Part shown: piece after piece, positions 47,644 to 57,289 of the stretch | Layout: the number at the start of each line of letters is the position of its first letter | Position numbering within the stretch: position 1 is the stretch's first letter | From: Candidatus Saccharimonadales bacterium | GTDB taxonomy: Bacteria; Patescibacteriota; Saccharimonadia; Saccharimonadales; UBA7683 | Assembly: GCA_046350615.1 (NCBI GenBank) | Contig: JAXMAA010000004.1 | Coordinates: forward strand, 1 to 57,289 | Direction: 5' to 3' | Length of the DNA stretch: 57,289 nt | The notes under the pieces: model-generated | Databases searched by the model: none | What the model saw: only the letters and a program-made list of their open reading frames with translations | Told to the model about the DNA's origin: nothing | Made by a program: the position numbers and the translations under genes

Positions 47644-49145
47644 GTGGAGAGGGTACTAACAACAGACCGGGTGGGTGCGGATGATTTTAGACTCCCGCAA
47701 AATGAAGCCGCAATATTTGCTGAAATTGCCGAAAACCTTGAATTGGCAGAGCCGATCATTGGGGCAGATGATTTGGTTGATCGTGTACAAATAGAGCAGC
47801 AGGCTCGTGAGTTAATAGAGAACCACGCACAAATCGAAACCTCATATAAATCTCATAAAACCTACCTTGATGACGCTCGCACATTATTATTTGAGGCGCT
47901 TACCGCTTCTGGGCACCTTTCAGTTATAGAAACAACCGGCAGTCTTGATGAAATTCATCAAACCATGCTCTCAGTGCTCCTGAATGCGTATAGTGATAGA
48001 CTACCGGCACACGAACAGCGTCGCCGTTTTATGGAAATTTGCGAGGAACTTACTATACAAGCCGTGGAACTAAGAATTGCCACAGGAGAATTGCCGGGTA
48101 CACTTGAGGTAGCGACGATCTCTGACTTTATTACCGAAGGGGCGATGAGCGAGAAGTCGGCCGAGCTCATAGGGTACCGGCCCTCGAACAAAAAGGGCAT
48201 GGTGCGCAGTAGTCAGTTGCGGGATAATGGCGATGGTACGTTTACTCGCATCTCACAGCAAGCCAGTCGGAGCAATAGTGATCCGGTCCGATCGAGTGAA
48301 TTTCTTATAGGTGCCGGGATGAGCCTACGCCCCGCCGAACATGCCGACACGTCGGTGCTTGGCACGCAGCTTATTCATGAAATGAGCGAAGGAGTTGTGG
48401 GCCTACTCAAACGGCTCGATCGGCATCATGGCGCAGGAATACGATATGGCGAACAGGCTCATGCCGAGCAAAGCGAGTACGAAGATTTGCAGCTGGAATC
48501 TGCGGAGCGTGAGCGTGTCGCACAGTGCTACGTTGAGCAATTGGCTGGTTTTACTAAACGCCTCGATAGTTTGAGAGATGGGGGCGTCGTTACTGCAAAA
48601 GAATATCAGACACAGTTTAAACAGGAGGTCGCCAATATTTTAAGAGCAATTTGTGTGATGGACCCTTCATATGCTGTAGGGTGTTTTGGTAAAAAGGCCG
48701 CAGCTGGCTTTATGAGAGCCAGTGACTTAACTGCCGCAGGAGATTAGCCTAAGCTTCCGCAGTTCTCGATTCTAATCGTGTTTTGGAAGAATCGGTTTCA
48801 TTCTGTGGTATGAGCATTTCAGCTGAAGAGGCGCAAAAAATGGGCGTAGAAGTTGACCCAATAACCAAGCTACTGAAGTTCGGTAAAGAGAATTGGCAGT
48901 GGTCTAGGGGGGTTTGTCGAGTTGAGGCCTGCCCGACTCGTCCAGGCAGAACTGATGTTGGGCCTTGCAGTGTGTGTCGAGGGTGTCAGCATGAATTTGA
49001 CCATGGTCGAAATCCGTCAAATACGTACAAGCGGATGCGTAAGTTGGGTAAAAAGGTGGCCAAAAAGCCACGACATTCTTTCAATGGCTGGCTGGGCCCA
49101 ACAAAGGAAAAGCGGCCGGTAAGAAGATTAGTAGTGCAAAAGTAA
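47644..49145 (+). CDS. Orphan protein, probably one ~500-aa gene split by a frameshift near 48745-48770; Cys-rich C-terminus
   Basis: ORF 47644..48747 ends AAGD*; another frame opens at ~48753 (AVLDSNRVLEESVSFCG...) with CRVEAC and CSVCRGC; no SD for a separate 48783 start. Confidence 0.6.
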
Positions 49146-49167
49146 CGAAGCGTGAGAAAATAGCTGC

Positions 49168-49773
49168 ATGAAGATAGGAATTTTTGCCGGTACGTTTGAC
49201 CCCATTCATAACGGACATATTGCATTTGCGGTCAAAGCAGTTTCGGAGTCTGACCTTGAAAGAGTGGTAATTGTGGCTGAGAAAAGCCCATACCGCAAAA
49301 AGCCGCTTGCCAGCTGGGATCATCGCCAAGCTATGATTGAACGCGCAACCGAAAATATACCAGAGGTCGACCACGATTATGAATTTTCAAATCAGCTTGC
49401 GCATCAACATACGATGGAGGATATGCTTTCCGTTGCGCGAAAGCATTATGGCAGTGAAAACGAGTTTTGGTTTCTGGTTGGTTCAGATGTTTTTGAGCAC
49501 ATGAAGCGGTGGCAGTCTATTACTGAGCAACATGAGTACGGTGGTTTTGTAGTCGCGCTGAGAGACGACCACAGTAAGGAGTGGCTCGATGAAAAAATAG
49601 TAGAGCTTCGGGCAAGTGGCTTCTCGCCAGTAATTCGCTTAATTGAAAATCATCATCCACACATTAGCTCAAAAAAGATTCGCGATATAATCTCTGGTCA
49701 GCTAGTTCCAGATGATTTACCAGACGCAGTCTATCAGTACAGCGTAGAGCATCAGCTGTATACTGGCGCATAA
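49168..49773 (+). CDS. nadD: Nicotinate-nucleotide adenylyltransferase-like
   Basis: IGIFAGTFDPIHNGH (HxGH), FLVGSD, ISSKKIR. Confidence 0.82.
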   Translation: MKIGIFAGTFDPIHNGHIAFAVKAVSESDLERVVIVAEKSPYRKKPLASWDHRQAMIERATENIPEVDHDYEFSNQLAHQHTMEDMLSVARKHYGSENEFWFLVGSDVFEHMKRWQSITEQHEYGGFVVALRDDHSKEWLDEKIVELRASGFSPVIRLIENHHPHISSKKIRDIISGQLVPDDLPDAVYQYSVEHQLYTGA

Positions 49774-49807
49774 CTCGGTACTTATATGCTTATGTTATAC
49801 TACCTCT

Positions 49808-51160
49808 GTGATAGCAACACAAACATATTCACTCCTCGTGATCGGAGGGTTCTTAATGGCGGGCTACTTGATTGTCCGCTTGCCATTAATCAGTCGTGCG
49901 TATCTGCCTGGATCTTTGGTGGCTGGCTTTTTATTGTTGCTGGTTGGGCCGCAGATTGGCAGTCATTTTCGGATTGGCAACTCAACTCGGCGTTTTATGA
50001 ATTTTGGAGACAACTTCAAAACAACTCATTAATGTAGTGTTTGCTTGTCTATTTTTAGCTCGTCCGCTCTTCCCGTTCAAAAAATGTGGAAGTTAGCTGG
50101 ACCACAAGTGGCATTTGGGCAAATGTTGGCGTGGGGCCAATATGCGTTAGGTGGTTTAGTAACCATGCTGATATTAATTCCATTCTTTAAAACGCGCGAC
50201 ATCACCGCTGCACTCATTGAAGTCAGCTTTGAAGGCGGTCACGGTACGGTTTCGGGCTTATCACCGGTGTTTAATAATCTTGGTTTTCATGATGGTCAAG
50301 AAATCGCACTTGGACTGGCGACGCTGAGCTTAGTCACAGCGTTGGTGAGTGGTGTATTGTTGGTGAACTGGGGTCGTCGCCGCGGGCATATAAAGGCCGT
50401 TTATAAAGCAAATCTGCGTGAGCGCATTTATCACCGCCGTATTATTCACGAGCTTAACAAACGGGGGATTAAGCTTCGTGAACACTTAACGCCAAAATGG
50501 ATCGTGAGCCATATAATTTTAATTGGTTTGAGCGTGTTTTTCGGCTGGCTTATTTATCAAGGTTTGCTCCAGATTGAAATTCATACGTGGGGTAGGCATG
50601 ATGTAACAGCACTGCGCTATGTACCGTTCTTCCCGTTCTGTATGTTTGGCGGCATGATAACCCAGATTATTTGGTCAAAACTTGGTCTTCAGACCTCTCG
50701 CCCATTGGTTGAGCTGCTGAGCAGTATTGCACTCAGTGTTTTGATTGCTACGGCGGTTGCGACAATGTCGCTCAATACAATAGGTAATAATATTGGCATC
50801 TTCTTGGTGCTGGCCGCGACCGGCATTCTCTGGATTTTATTTGGATTTCTGGTATTGGCACGGCACATGTTCAAAAAGAACTGGTTCCCAAATGCCATTG
50901 TTAATGCGGCGCAGAGTATGGGCATGACCGCCACCGGCTTACTGTTTCTTCACATGGTTGACCCAAATGATAAAACTAACGCTGCCGAAAGCTTCGGGTT
51001 TAAGCAGCTGATGTTTGAACCCTTTGTCGGCGGTGGTATCATCACCGCCCTTTCCATGCCCGCTATTATCGCCATTGGTTTACCAATGTTCACCGCCATC
51101 GCTGCCGGCATCTGCGCCTTCTGGATGATCACCGGCATCCTCTACTTCGGTAGAAAATAA
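49808..51160 (+). pseudogene. GltS-like sodium:glutamate symporter, interrupted near 50000-50050
   Basis: YLPGSLVAG.LLLLVGPQ, EVSFEGGHGT, QSMGMTATGL.FL.MVDP; N-terminal part is in a separate ORF. Confidence 0.8.
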
Positions 51161-51175
51161 GATAGAATAAAAGTG

Positions 51176-51823
51176 ATGCAAGCGATAATTTATTCACACG
51201 GATTTGGTGTTCAAAAGGACGACAGGGGATTATTCACTGATATCGCCGAAGCCCTACCTAGTTTTGAGCACGTACAGTTTGATTATAATCAGATAAATAT
51301 TAAAGAGAACACGCTCACCGCTGCAACGCTCAGTCAACAGGCGGGCCTATTAAGCGAACAGATAAGGCTGGCTCGCACAAAATATGAAACCGTTGATCTC
51401 ATTTGCCATTCTCAGGGCTGCTTAGCGGCAGCACTTGCCAACCCAAGAGGTGTGCGCAGTATCATCTTTCTTGCTCCGCCCGACAATACCGATATTGACC
51501 AATTTGCGGACCTGTTTCGTAATCGACCGAACAGCACTATCAATTTTAAGGCTATCTCAAAAGTAACAAGAAGAGATGGAAGTACTACGATCATCCCAGC
51601 ACAGTACTGGTCAAGCCTGGGTAGTATTGATGCAATGGAATGCTATCAGGCACTCGCTCAAATGAGTAAACTCACGATTATTACGGCCGCAAATGACGAA
51701 ATTTTAGGCGAAACCCATTTCAACATCGTACCCTCAAAAGCAATAACACTTCCAGCCAATCACGACTTTACCGAAAACGCGCGAGCTGCAGTGATCGGGA
51801 TGGTGCAAGCAATCTTGCAATAA
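51176..51823 (+). CDS. alpha/beta hydrolase
   Basis: SHGFG, LICHSQG (GxSxG-like), LAPP, NHDF. Confidence 0.78.
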   Translation: MQAIIYSHGFGVQKDDRGLFTDIAEALPSFEHVQFDYNQINIKENTLTAATLSQQAGLLSEQIRLARTKYETVDLICHSQGCLAAALANPRGVRSIIFLAPPDNTDIDQFADLFRNRPNSTINFKAISKVTRRDGSTTIIPAQYWSSLGSIDAMECYQALAQMSKLTIITAANDEILGETHFNIVPSKAITLPANHDFTENARAAVIGMVQAILQ

Positions 51824-51871
51824 TGACAGTATTATTGCTGAAGGATGAAACTTCAGCAGGGTAGCGGTTGT

Positions 51872-52579
51872 TTATTGTTTTTTCGCTTGAATAATCAAGA
51901 ATTGTGGTACATGTGCGTTTCTGGAACGAGACTTACTGTTTTTTGCAAGCTGTGGTTCGTTAACATGAGTAATCACGCAACCGAGTGATATAAGGTTATT
52001 CAGGTAGGTTGAGATCGGTCTCATAAAAAGGCGACCGTAACGTTGCTCTGTGGGGTTGGGGTTAAAGTATTCTCTTATTTCTACATGCCCAAGCTTTTGC
52101 CAGTCCACCTCAGAGCCCGGGAATGCCGGGTGCAGAATAGATATGATGATGTCACCGCCTTTTTTGAGGGCCCGTACACAGTTTTTTAAGGATGCAAAGT
52201 AGTCGGGAATATCCATCAAGACATTAATAACAAGAATTTTATCAAAGTTCTCAGCGAAATCTAGATTGGCAAGATCATGCTGAAAGTAAGTGATGCCCAA
52301 ACTTTCTTCTCGCTCTTTCCTAGCACAATACTCAAAGAGGCTTGCCGCGGGTTCTACGCCAGTTACAATTCCTCCTGCACGCGCCAACTTTCGCGATAAG
52401 TAGCCGTTGCCACAACCGGCATCTAGAATATTCAGCCCTTTCGTAGCTCCCAACATTTGAAATATAACGGGGTCAATAAGTTCTTGTCGAGCGAAGTCTC
52501 CATCCTCGCCAAACCGTTTAAGATCTTCCTCGCTAAACTCGGACCAGCTGTCAATCACTGCTTTATTTGATATGTTCAT
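51872..52579 (-). CDS. Class I SAM-dependent methyltransferase
   Basis: ILDAGCGNGYLSRKLA, TGVE, LKKGG..IISILHP. Confidence 0.9.
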   Translation of the reverse strand: MNISNKAVIDSWSEFSEEDLKRFGEDGDFARQELIDPVIFQMLGATKGLNILDAGCGNGYLSRKLARAGGIVTGVEPAASLFEYCARKEREESLGITYFQHDLANLDFAENFDKILVINVLMDIPDYFASLKNCVRALKKGGDIIISILHPAFPGSEVDWQKLGHVEIREYFNPNPTEQRYGRLFMRPISTYLNNLISLGCVITHVNEPQLAKNSKSRSRNAHVPQFLIIQAKKQ

Positions 52580-52600
52580 ACTCTTAGGATAGCAAATATA

Positions 52601-54292
52601 TTAAGCAGGTTCTTCTGCATAGTGGGTTTCGAGGTATTGTAAGTGCTTTTCTCGGAATTTGTTGAACTCGGATTTTTTGAAGCCGGTTCGTTTGATGAAT
52701 GTACTAATTTTTTCGGAGCCAATGAAGTGCGGCATCATGACGTAGGCGGCGCCTTCGGCGTAAAGATGTGCTGCATGATAGGCGTCTTCAGCCGATGCTA
52801 CGAATACTGCGCCTGGGTTATGTTGCTTCAGCCAGTGGGCTAAAAATTCGTTGGCAGCAAAATCACTGATGGTCGAAACTACCAGTTTGGTTTTATCAAG
52901 CTGTAGCTCTTCAATCAGCTCGGCATCGGTAGCATCACCGTATAGAAAGTTCACATGCTGTTTTTCAATCAGCTCGATGGCCTCGGGGTCGTAATCGACA
53001 ACTACAAACCGCTTCTTCATGTTGGTGAAGGTGCGCATAAATTCAGCACCGCCTTTTCGGTAGCCAAACAGCACAACGCTGTAGGTTTGCATAGTGCTCT
53101 TTTGCTCAAGCTGAGTAACTTTTCGCTCAAACAATTTCAGATGTTTTTCAAACAGTGTATACAAGCTATCGGAGTATTTGATCAGGTAGGTTGAGGCAGC
53201 GAAGGTAATCAGTGCGGTAAGGCCAATCACGGCCTGCACTTGCTCACTCACATACTGATGATGGGCGGCTGCTACCACAAATACTAATGAGAATTCACTA
53301 ATTTGGCCAAGTGCAACCGCCGCTTTGAAGCTGGCACGCTTAGTATAGCCTTGTATGCCGAGTGTCGCGAGAATGATAAAAGGTTTTAATATAATCACTA
53401 CCAGTGAAAACGCCAGCGCTGCGGGAAGCGCCTCTGTAATCTGGGTTGGCGCCAGGCTGTGGCCGAGTGTAATAAGAAAAACCACAATAAAGAAGTCACG
53501 CATTGGTCGTAGGCGCGAGGCAACCTCGTGGCTGAGCGAAAGCCCGGCCATGCTCATGCCGGCAAGTAGTGCACCGACTTCAAACGAAAAACCAATTTTG
53601 GCAAACAATACGGATATTCCGAGGGCCCAGCCAATTGAAAGCACCAGCAGAAGTTCTTTCGAAGATTCCAGGAATTTAGCCAATCGTGGCAGAAGATACT
53701 TACTTATAATGTAGAGTAGCAACACAAAGAATATGCCACGACCAAAGAGCAGGCTAACCTCAAGCGGCGTGCTGCCGACTGAACGTGCTGAGAGAGTAAT
53801 TTTACCAGCGGTGGCCACGAGATCTTGCAAAATTAACACACCAATGGCAATTTGAGCGAACAAGCGCATGAGTTCCTTTTTCTGTTGCAGCAGGGTAACG
53901 ATAATAATCGTGCTGCTCATGCTGAGACACAAACCAATAATGAGCGATTCCAGCCGGCCAAAGTCGAGTTGCCGAGCCACAAACGCTCCGGCAATGGTTA
54001 TGACACTCATTTGCACAAAGGTGGTGATGAATACCACCTTGCTGAGCCGGCTAATGATCTTCAGACTCAGTTCCAACCCAACTATAAACAGCAGAAGTGC
54101 CACGCCAAAAGTGCTTAAAAAGCTAAACCCGTGGTCGTCTTTGATGATATTAAAAACAGCCGGGCCGGCCAGGATGCCGGTGATAATATGGCCAATAATA
54201 AGTGGTTGGCGTAGTAAACGCATCAGAACAGCCAAACCTGCGCCGAGTGCTATCACAAGACTTAGTTGTATAAAGAGTGCGTCACCATCCAT
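52601..54292 (-). CDS. CPA2/Kef-type cation:proton antiporter with TrkA-N domain
   Basis: ~13 TMs, SSTIII, LILQDL, LGQISEFS, C-terminal GYRKGG...VVDYDPE..GDATD. Confidence 0.9.
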   Translation of the reverse strand: MDGDALFIQLSLVIALGAGLAVLMRLLRQPLIIGHIITGILAGPAVFNIIKDDHGFSFLSTFGVALLLFIVGLELSLKIISRLSKVVFITTFVQMSVITIAGAFVARQLDFGRLESLIIGLCLSMSSTIIIVTLLQQKKELMRLFAQIAIGVLILQDLVATAGKITLSARSVGSTPLEVSLLFGRGIFFVLLLYIISKYLLPRLAKFLESSKELLLVLSIGWALGISVLFAKIGFSFEVGALLAGMSMAGLSLSHEVASRLRPMRDFFIVVFLITLGHSLAPTQITEALPAALAFSLVVIILKPFIILATLGIQGYTKRASFKAAVALGQISEFSLVFVVAAAHHQYVSEQVQAVIGLTALITFAASTYLIKYSDSLYTLFEKHLKLFERKVTQLEQKSTMQTYSVVLFGYRKGGAEFMRTFTNMKKRFVVVDYDPEAIELIEKQHVNFLYGDATDAELIEELQLDKTKLVVSTISDFAANEFLAHWLKQHNPGAVFVASAEDAYHAAHLYAEGAAYVMMPHFIGSEKISTFIKRTGFKKSEFNKFREKHLQYLETHYAEEPA

Positions 54293-54329
54293 GTTTGTTT
54301 CCTTTAACTGCTAATCTTTGTATAAGTTG

Positions 54330-55002
54330 CTACTCAGCAGCAGGTACGGTGCCACCCGCTTTTGTAATGGCCTCAGTAAGAACTTTTACGTAGGCATCAG
54401 TGGTGCTGGCTGGATTTTCAATCTTCTCACCATTCAAGATAAGCGTAGGAGTACCGCTGGCGTTGAAGCCAGATTTCGCGCTCGCTACATCTCGATTAAT
54501 ACGGTTTGCGGTTTCTTCACTCGCATAGTCGGTTTTAAACTGTTCCATATTAAGCCCAAGCTCCTCAGCATAACCTTCAAAAAGTGCTTGCTGATTGGTT
54601 GCCACATTGCCCCAGGAGTCCTGTGTTTCATATAAGCGGTCGTGCATTTCCCAGAACTTTCCTTGTTTAGCGGCGGCTTCAGCTGCACGGGCGGCTGCAA
54701 AAGCGTTTGAGCGAAGTGAAGTGAGCGGCAGGTTTCTGAAAAACAAAGGTTACTTGATCTTTCAATTGCTCAACAGCTGCTTTAATTGGTGCATACGCAG
54801 CACCACATGCTGGGCATTGGTAATCGCCGTATTCAATCAAAACTACTTTTTCGTTCGGAGCCTTTATAACGTGGTCTTCCTTCTGAATTTTAGTAGCGTC
54901 ACCACTAAAAGTACTTTGCTGGTTCTTTTCTTTGCCAGTAAAGACAAATGCGGCAATAAGACCCACAACTACTATTGTTAGAACAACCCAAAATCTATTC
55001 AT
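54330..55002 (-). pseudogene. DsbA-family thiol-disulfide oxidoreductase with a single frameshift
   Basis: SD GAGGAG and ATG 55002; EYGDYQCPAC (CxxC); frame change in a T-run near 54740 into FRNLPLT..., GTPTL (cis-Pro). Confidence 0.88.
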
Positions 55003-55085
55003 ATTACTCCTCGTATCTTGTAGTACATTTAGTATAGCATTTTCGACTGTTTGCAAAAAAAGTTTAAGCAGATACAATCATTCTT

Positions 55086-55991
55086 ATGAGAACTGTTCTC
55101 TGGGTGGTGTTGGGGATAGATATGGCGGCGCTGCTATACTTTTTTGCACTCGATCTTCGGCGCTACTACGCCTCGCCATTTGAATTGCGTCAGAGCAATA
55201 GCAAAATACAAAAGCTCGTAAATAAAAACTACCAGGGCATTGCGACACTTCGCGTGTTTGATCAAGCCGTGCTGATAGCCGTCACAGCCGGACTGCTGGT
55301 GTATCTCGAGCAATCGTTAGCTGGCCTGCTGTATGCACTCGCTGGAATCGCTGTGCTCTACTTTGTCTCAAAACTCTCAATTCTCTCAAAGATCGCTGCT
55401 TCTCTTTTTGAACTCCACTACGAGTTTGTATGTAAGCTAGCCACACAGCTCCAGTTTATTCTGAAGTATGTTGCGTTTCCACTACTAAGCGAACGGAAGC
55501 TGCAATCTCGAGAAGAATTCATTGATACTGTGAGAACATTGCCAAGCACGGTGCTCGTACCCGCAGAACGACAGCGTGTAGAGTTGCTGCTTACTGCAAG
55601 CGAGAAGACCGTGAAAGATATCATGACGCCAAAACGGCGCGTAACCATGGTTGAGCCTTCATCAACTTTGGGTCCGATTGTGCTCAGTGATCTGCAAAAA
55701 AGCGGCCACGGCTACTTTCCGGTCGCTACTAAAAAAGGTGAACCAGAAGGCCTCCTTGATTTAAGTGATCTTTCCGATATCCAACAGGCCAAGCAACGCT
55801 CAACGGTGCGCGAAGTAATGTCTTCACAAATCTCGTGGGTCGAGGAAACCACCTCGCTATACGAGCTCGCCGAAGCCTTTTTGAGCGAGAAGCAGTATCT
55901 GCTCTTCGTACGCAACAGCGATACTAACTTCAGCGGTATCGTAACAATCGCCGACTTCATGAAGCACCTTATTGGTGTCGTTAAAGATTAG
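55086..55991 (+). CDS. CNNM/CBS-domain membrane protein
   Basis: N-terminal TMs, TVKDIMTP, GHGYFPV, GIVTIADFMKHLIG. Confidence 0.78.
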   Translation: MRTVLWVVLGIDMAALLYFFALDLRRYYASPFELRQSNSKIQKLVNKNYQGIATLRVFDQAVLIAVTAGLLVYLEQSLAGLLYALAGIAVLYFVSKLSILSKIAASLFELHYEFVCKLATQLQFILKYVAFPLLSERKLQSREEFIDTVRTLPSTVLVPAERQRVELLLTASEKTVKDIMTPKRRVTMVEPSSTLGPIVLSDLQKSGHGYFPVATKKGEPEGLLDLSDLSDIQQAKQRSTVREVMSSQISWVEETTSLYELAEAFLSEKQYLLFVRNSDTNFSGIVTIADFMKHLIGVVKD

Positions 55992-56065
55992 CCCCTGCCA
56001 GTTGCACGGTCGTGTAGTTGGTGCACGAAACTTATTAAACACAACTGCTAGTTCGGGCATAGCGT

Positions 56066-56632
56066 CTACTTCAATAAGAAGGTGCTTTTTCTTCTATAGA
56101 CATCAAGTACTTCAACAGTATCAGTTTCATATTCTTCCAGTCGCTTTCTCAGACTTTCTGGATTATCATCCTTGCGGCCACGATCCGGAGATCCGGCTAA
56201 TCGTCTAAATGCCTCTTCATGAGTAATGTTGAATTTAACCACCGCCATGGTAGGATGCCCGGCTGCATCTGTTGCAGTGAGTACATCTTGCTCTTCACCA
56301 AGTTTTCTTCCGACCGCGCTAAGCAGAAGTGGTTTGCCAGCAAGTTCGGGCGCGCTCAGACGAGGAACTACTATCTGCTGATAGGTGGCAGAGTCTATCA
56401 GCTCACCTCGTTGCATTGCGGCTGCGACTTCCTCGGGTAAATCATCTGCTCTTAAAATCTCTCCACCCCCAAGTACGTGGGCATCAAGTTCTGGGGCTAA
56501 TGATCTTAAATTAGCATCTTTTCCGGCAAATTGAGGACCAAAGGCATTGATGGTACCCGTGCCTAGCCACTCACCAATCTCATTAATTAATAATGTCTGT
56601 TCATCGGTTGGTTGTACGAGAATTTCTGTCAT
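56066..56632 (-). CDS. Adenylate/NMP kinase-like protein (C-terminus probably frameshifted)
   Basis: GPQFAGK P-loop, GELI, GRKDDNPESLRKRLEEY. Confidence 0.78.
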   Translation of the reverse strand: MTEILVQPTDEQTLLINEIGEWLGTGTINAFGPQFAGKDANLRSLAPELDAHVLGGGEILRADDLPEEVAAAMQRGELIDSATYQQIVVPRLSAPELAGKPLLLSAVGRKLGEEQDVLTATDAAGHPTMAVVKFNITHEEAFRRLAGSPDRGRKDDNPESLRKRLEEYETDTVEVLDVYRRKSTFLLK

Positions 56633-56732
56633 GTAAATAGTTATAGAGGGTTAGCACAAAAATGCAAGCATAAGCAAAGGAGGCGTGGGTTGTCTGCTAG
56701 AAATTATGATTACATCTGTTATAATAACTACG

Positions 56733-56780
56733 ATGACATATCTGGTACAGAATAATATGAATTCTTGGGCAGGCGCATAA
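56733..56780 (+). CDS. Putative leaderless Asn-rich leader peptide MTYLVQNNMNSWAGA
   Basis: TG-t-TATAAT 56717-25, ATG 56733, codons AAT AAT ATG AAT, TAA 56778-80; overlaps the leader stems. Confidence 0.6.
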   Translation: MTYLVQNNMNSWAGA

Positions 56781-56850
56781 AACGCTTGGCTTTAGCGCGC
56801 CTTCTGCCCTAGCCTACAAGCTCTACCAGATAAACTATAAGGAAACAATC

Positions 56851-57289
56851 ATGCAACGAACGCTCAGTAGCGAAGTAAAAAAACACATCGGGGAAGAAGT
56901 TACCATTAAAGGCTGGCTCCACAAAAAACGTCTCATGGGTGGGCTGACCTTTATTAACGTACGCGATCGACAGGGTTTGGTTCAGGTGTTGGTAGAAGAT
57001 AAAGACGAAGTTGAAAAGCTCCGCGGGCTGCAAATCGGGACAGTTCTTGCCGTAACCGGCACAGTCTTTGAGGATGAGCGTGCTCCAGGTGGTGCAGAGT
57101 TGCACGAACCAGTGCTTGATATCATCTCACCCGTCACCGACGAGCCGATTATAGAAATAGACAAGCCTCTTGGCCACAAGCCAGAAAATCTCGACACACT
57201 TTTTGATAACCGACCAATCGGCCTCCGTAACTTACAGGAAACCGCGATCTTTAAAATACAAGCCAAGGTACTTGAATCGGCACGACAGT
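56851..57289 (+). CDS. aspS: Archaeal-type (probably non-discriminating) aspartyl-tRNA synthetase, partial
   Basis: SD AAGGA; VTIKGWLHKKR..GGLTFINVRDR.G.VQV OB-fold, DNRPIGLR...IFKIQ; runs off the window end. Confidence 0.85.
   Translation, partial: MQRTLSSEVKKHIGEEVTIKGWLHKKRLMGGLTFINVRDRQGLVQVLVEDKDEVEKLRGLQIGTVLAVTGTVFEDERAPGGAELHEPVLDIISPVTDEPIIEIDKPLGHKPENLDTLFDNRPIGLRNLQETAIFKIQAKVLESARQ

Noticed and set aside
54730-54760. Programmed frameshift or phase variation in dsbA
   Set aside because: A single shift in a short T-run, in an assembly with many similar indels; sequencing error is simpler.
56640-56850. T-box riboswitch upstream of aspS
   Set aside because: No T-box consensus, no stem I with specifier loop, no U-tract terminator, and the leader is too short.
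1-57289. Many 60-190 aa ORFs antisense to or overlapping clear genes (e.g. 2275..2550, 3508..3981, 7315..7875, 12913..13323, 53355..53714)
   Set aside because: No family motifs or plausible start signals; they are shadow frames of well-supported genes.
1-57289. CRISPR array, cas genes or rRNA
   Set aside because: No regularly spaced repeat-spacer units, Cas motifs or rRNA-like sequence seen.

Overview
Bacterial chromosome segment that looks like Candidatus Saccharibacteria (Patescibacteria/CPR); this is inferred from gene content, not measured. TGA is used as a stop, so code 11 applies. (1) 1-23.5 kb is a surface-glycan locus: GT2, GT4 and GT11 transferases, Wzm/Wzt, fcl, manC, a HAD-type PMM, a Gtr-like module, a WcaJ-like initiator, a ligase/polymerase-like protein, galE and galU, with a VapBC-type toxin-antitoxin pair inserted. 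(2) A protease-less LexA-like gene and tRNA-Asn(GTT) are followed by an accessory region (~24.2-43.5 kb). It carries an attenuator-led ABC-F plus hygromycin-kinase-like operon, a 1240-bp IS3, two large-serine-recombinase remnants, an exported intradiol-dioxygenase-like protein, surface proteins, an OmpR-type two-component system and a MacB-type ABC transporter. (3) 43.7-57.3 kb is mostly housekeeping: glmS, nadD-like, gltS-like, Kef-like, dsbA, adk-like and aspS. The strongest signals are non-coding and absent from the ORF track: a compact class-II cobalamin riboswitch with a full expression platform in front of an orphan Cys-rich gene (47.4-49.1 kb), an 8-codon leader peptide/attenuator ahead of the ABC-F, an Asn-rich leaderless uORF ahead of aspS, and pervasive leaderless promoter geometry. 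Several genes carry patchy frameshifts that look like sequencing or assembly indels, so pseudogene calls are provisional. All family assignments come from motif recognition, with no database search run.
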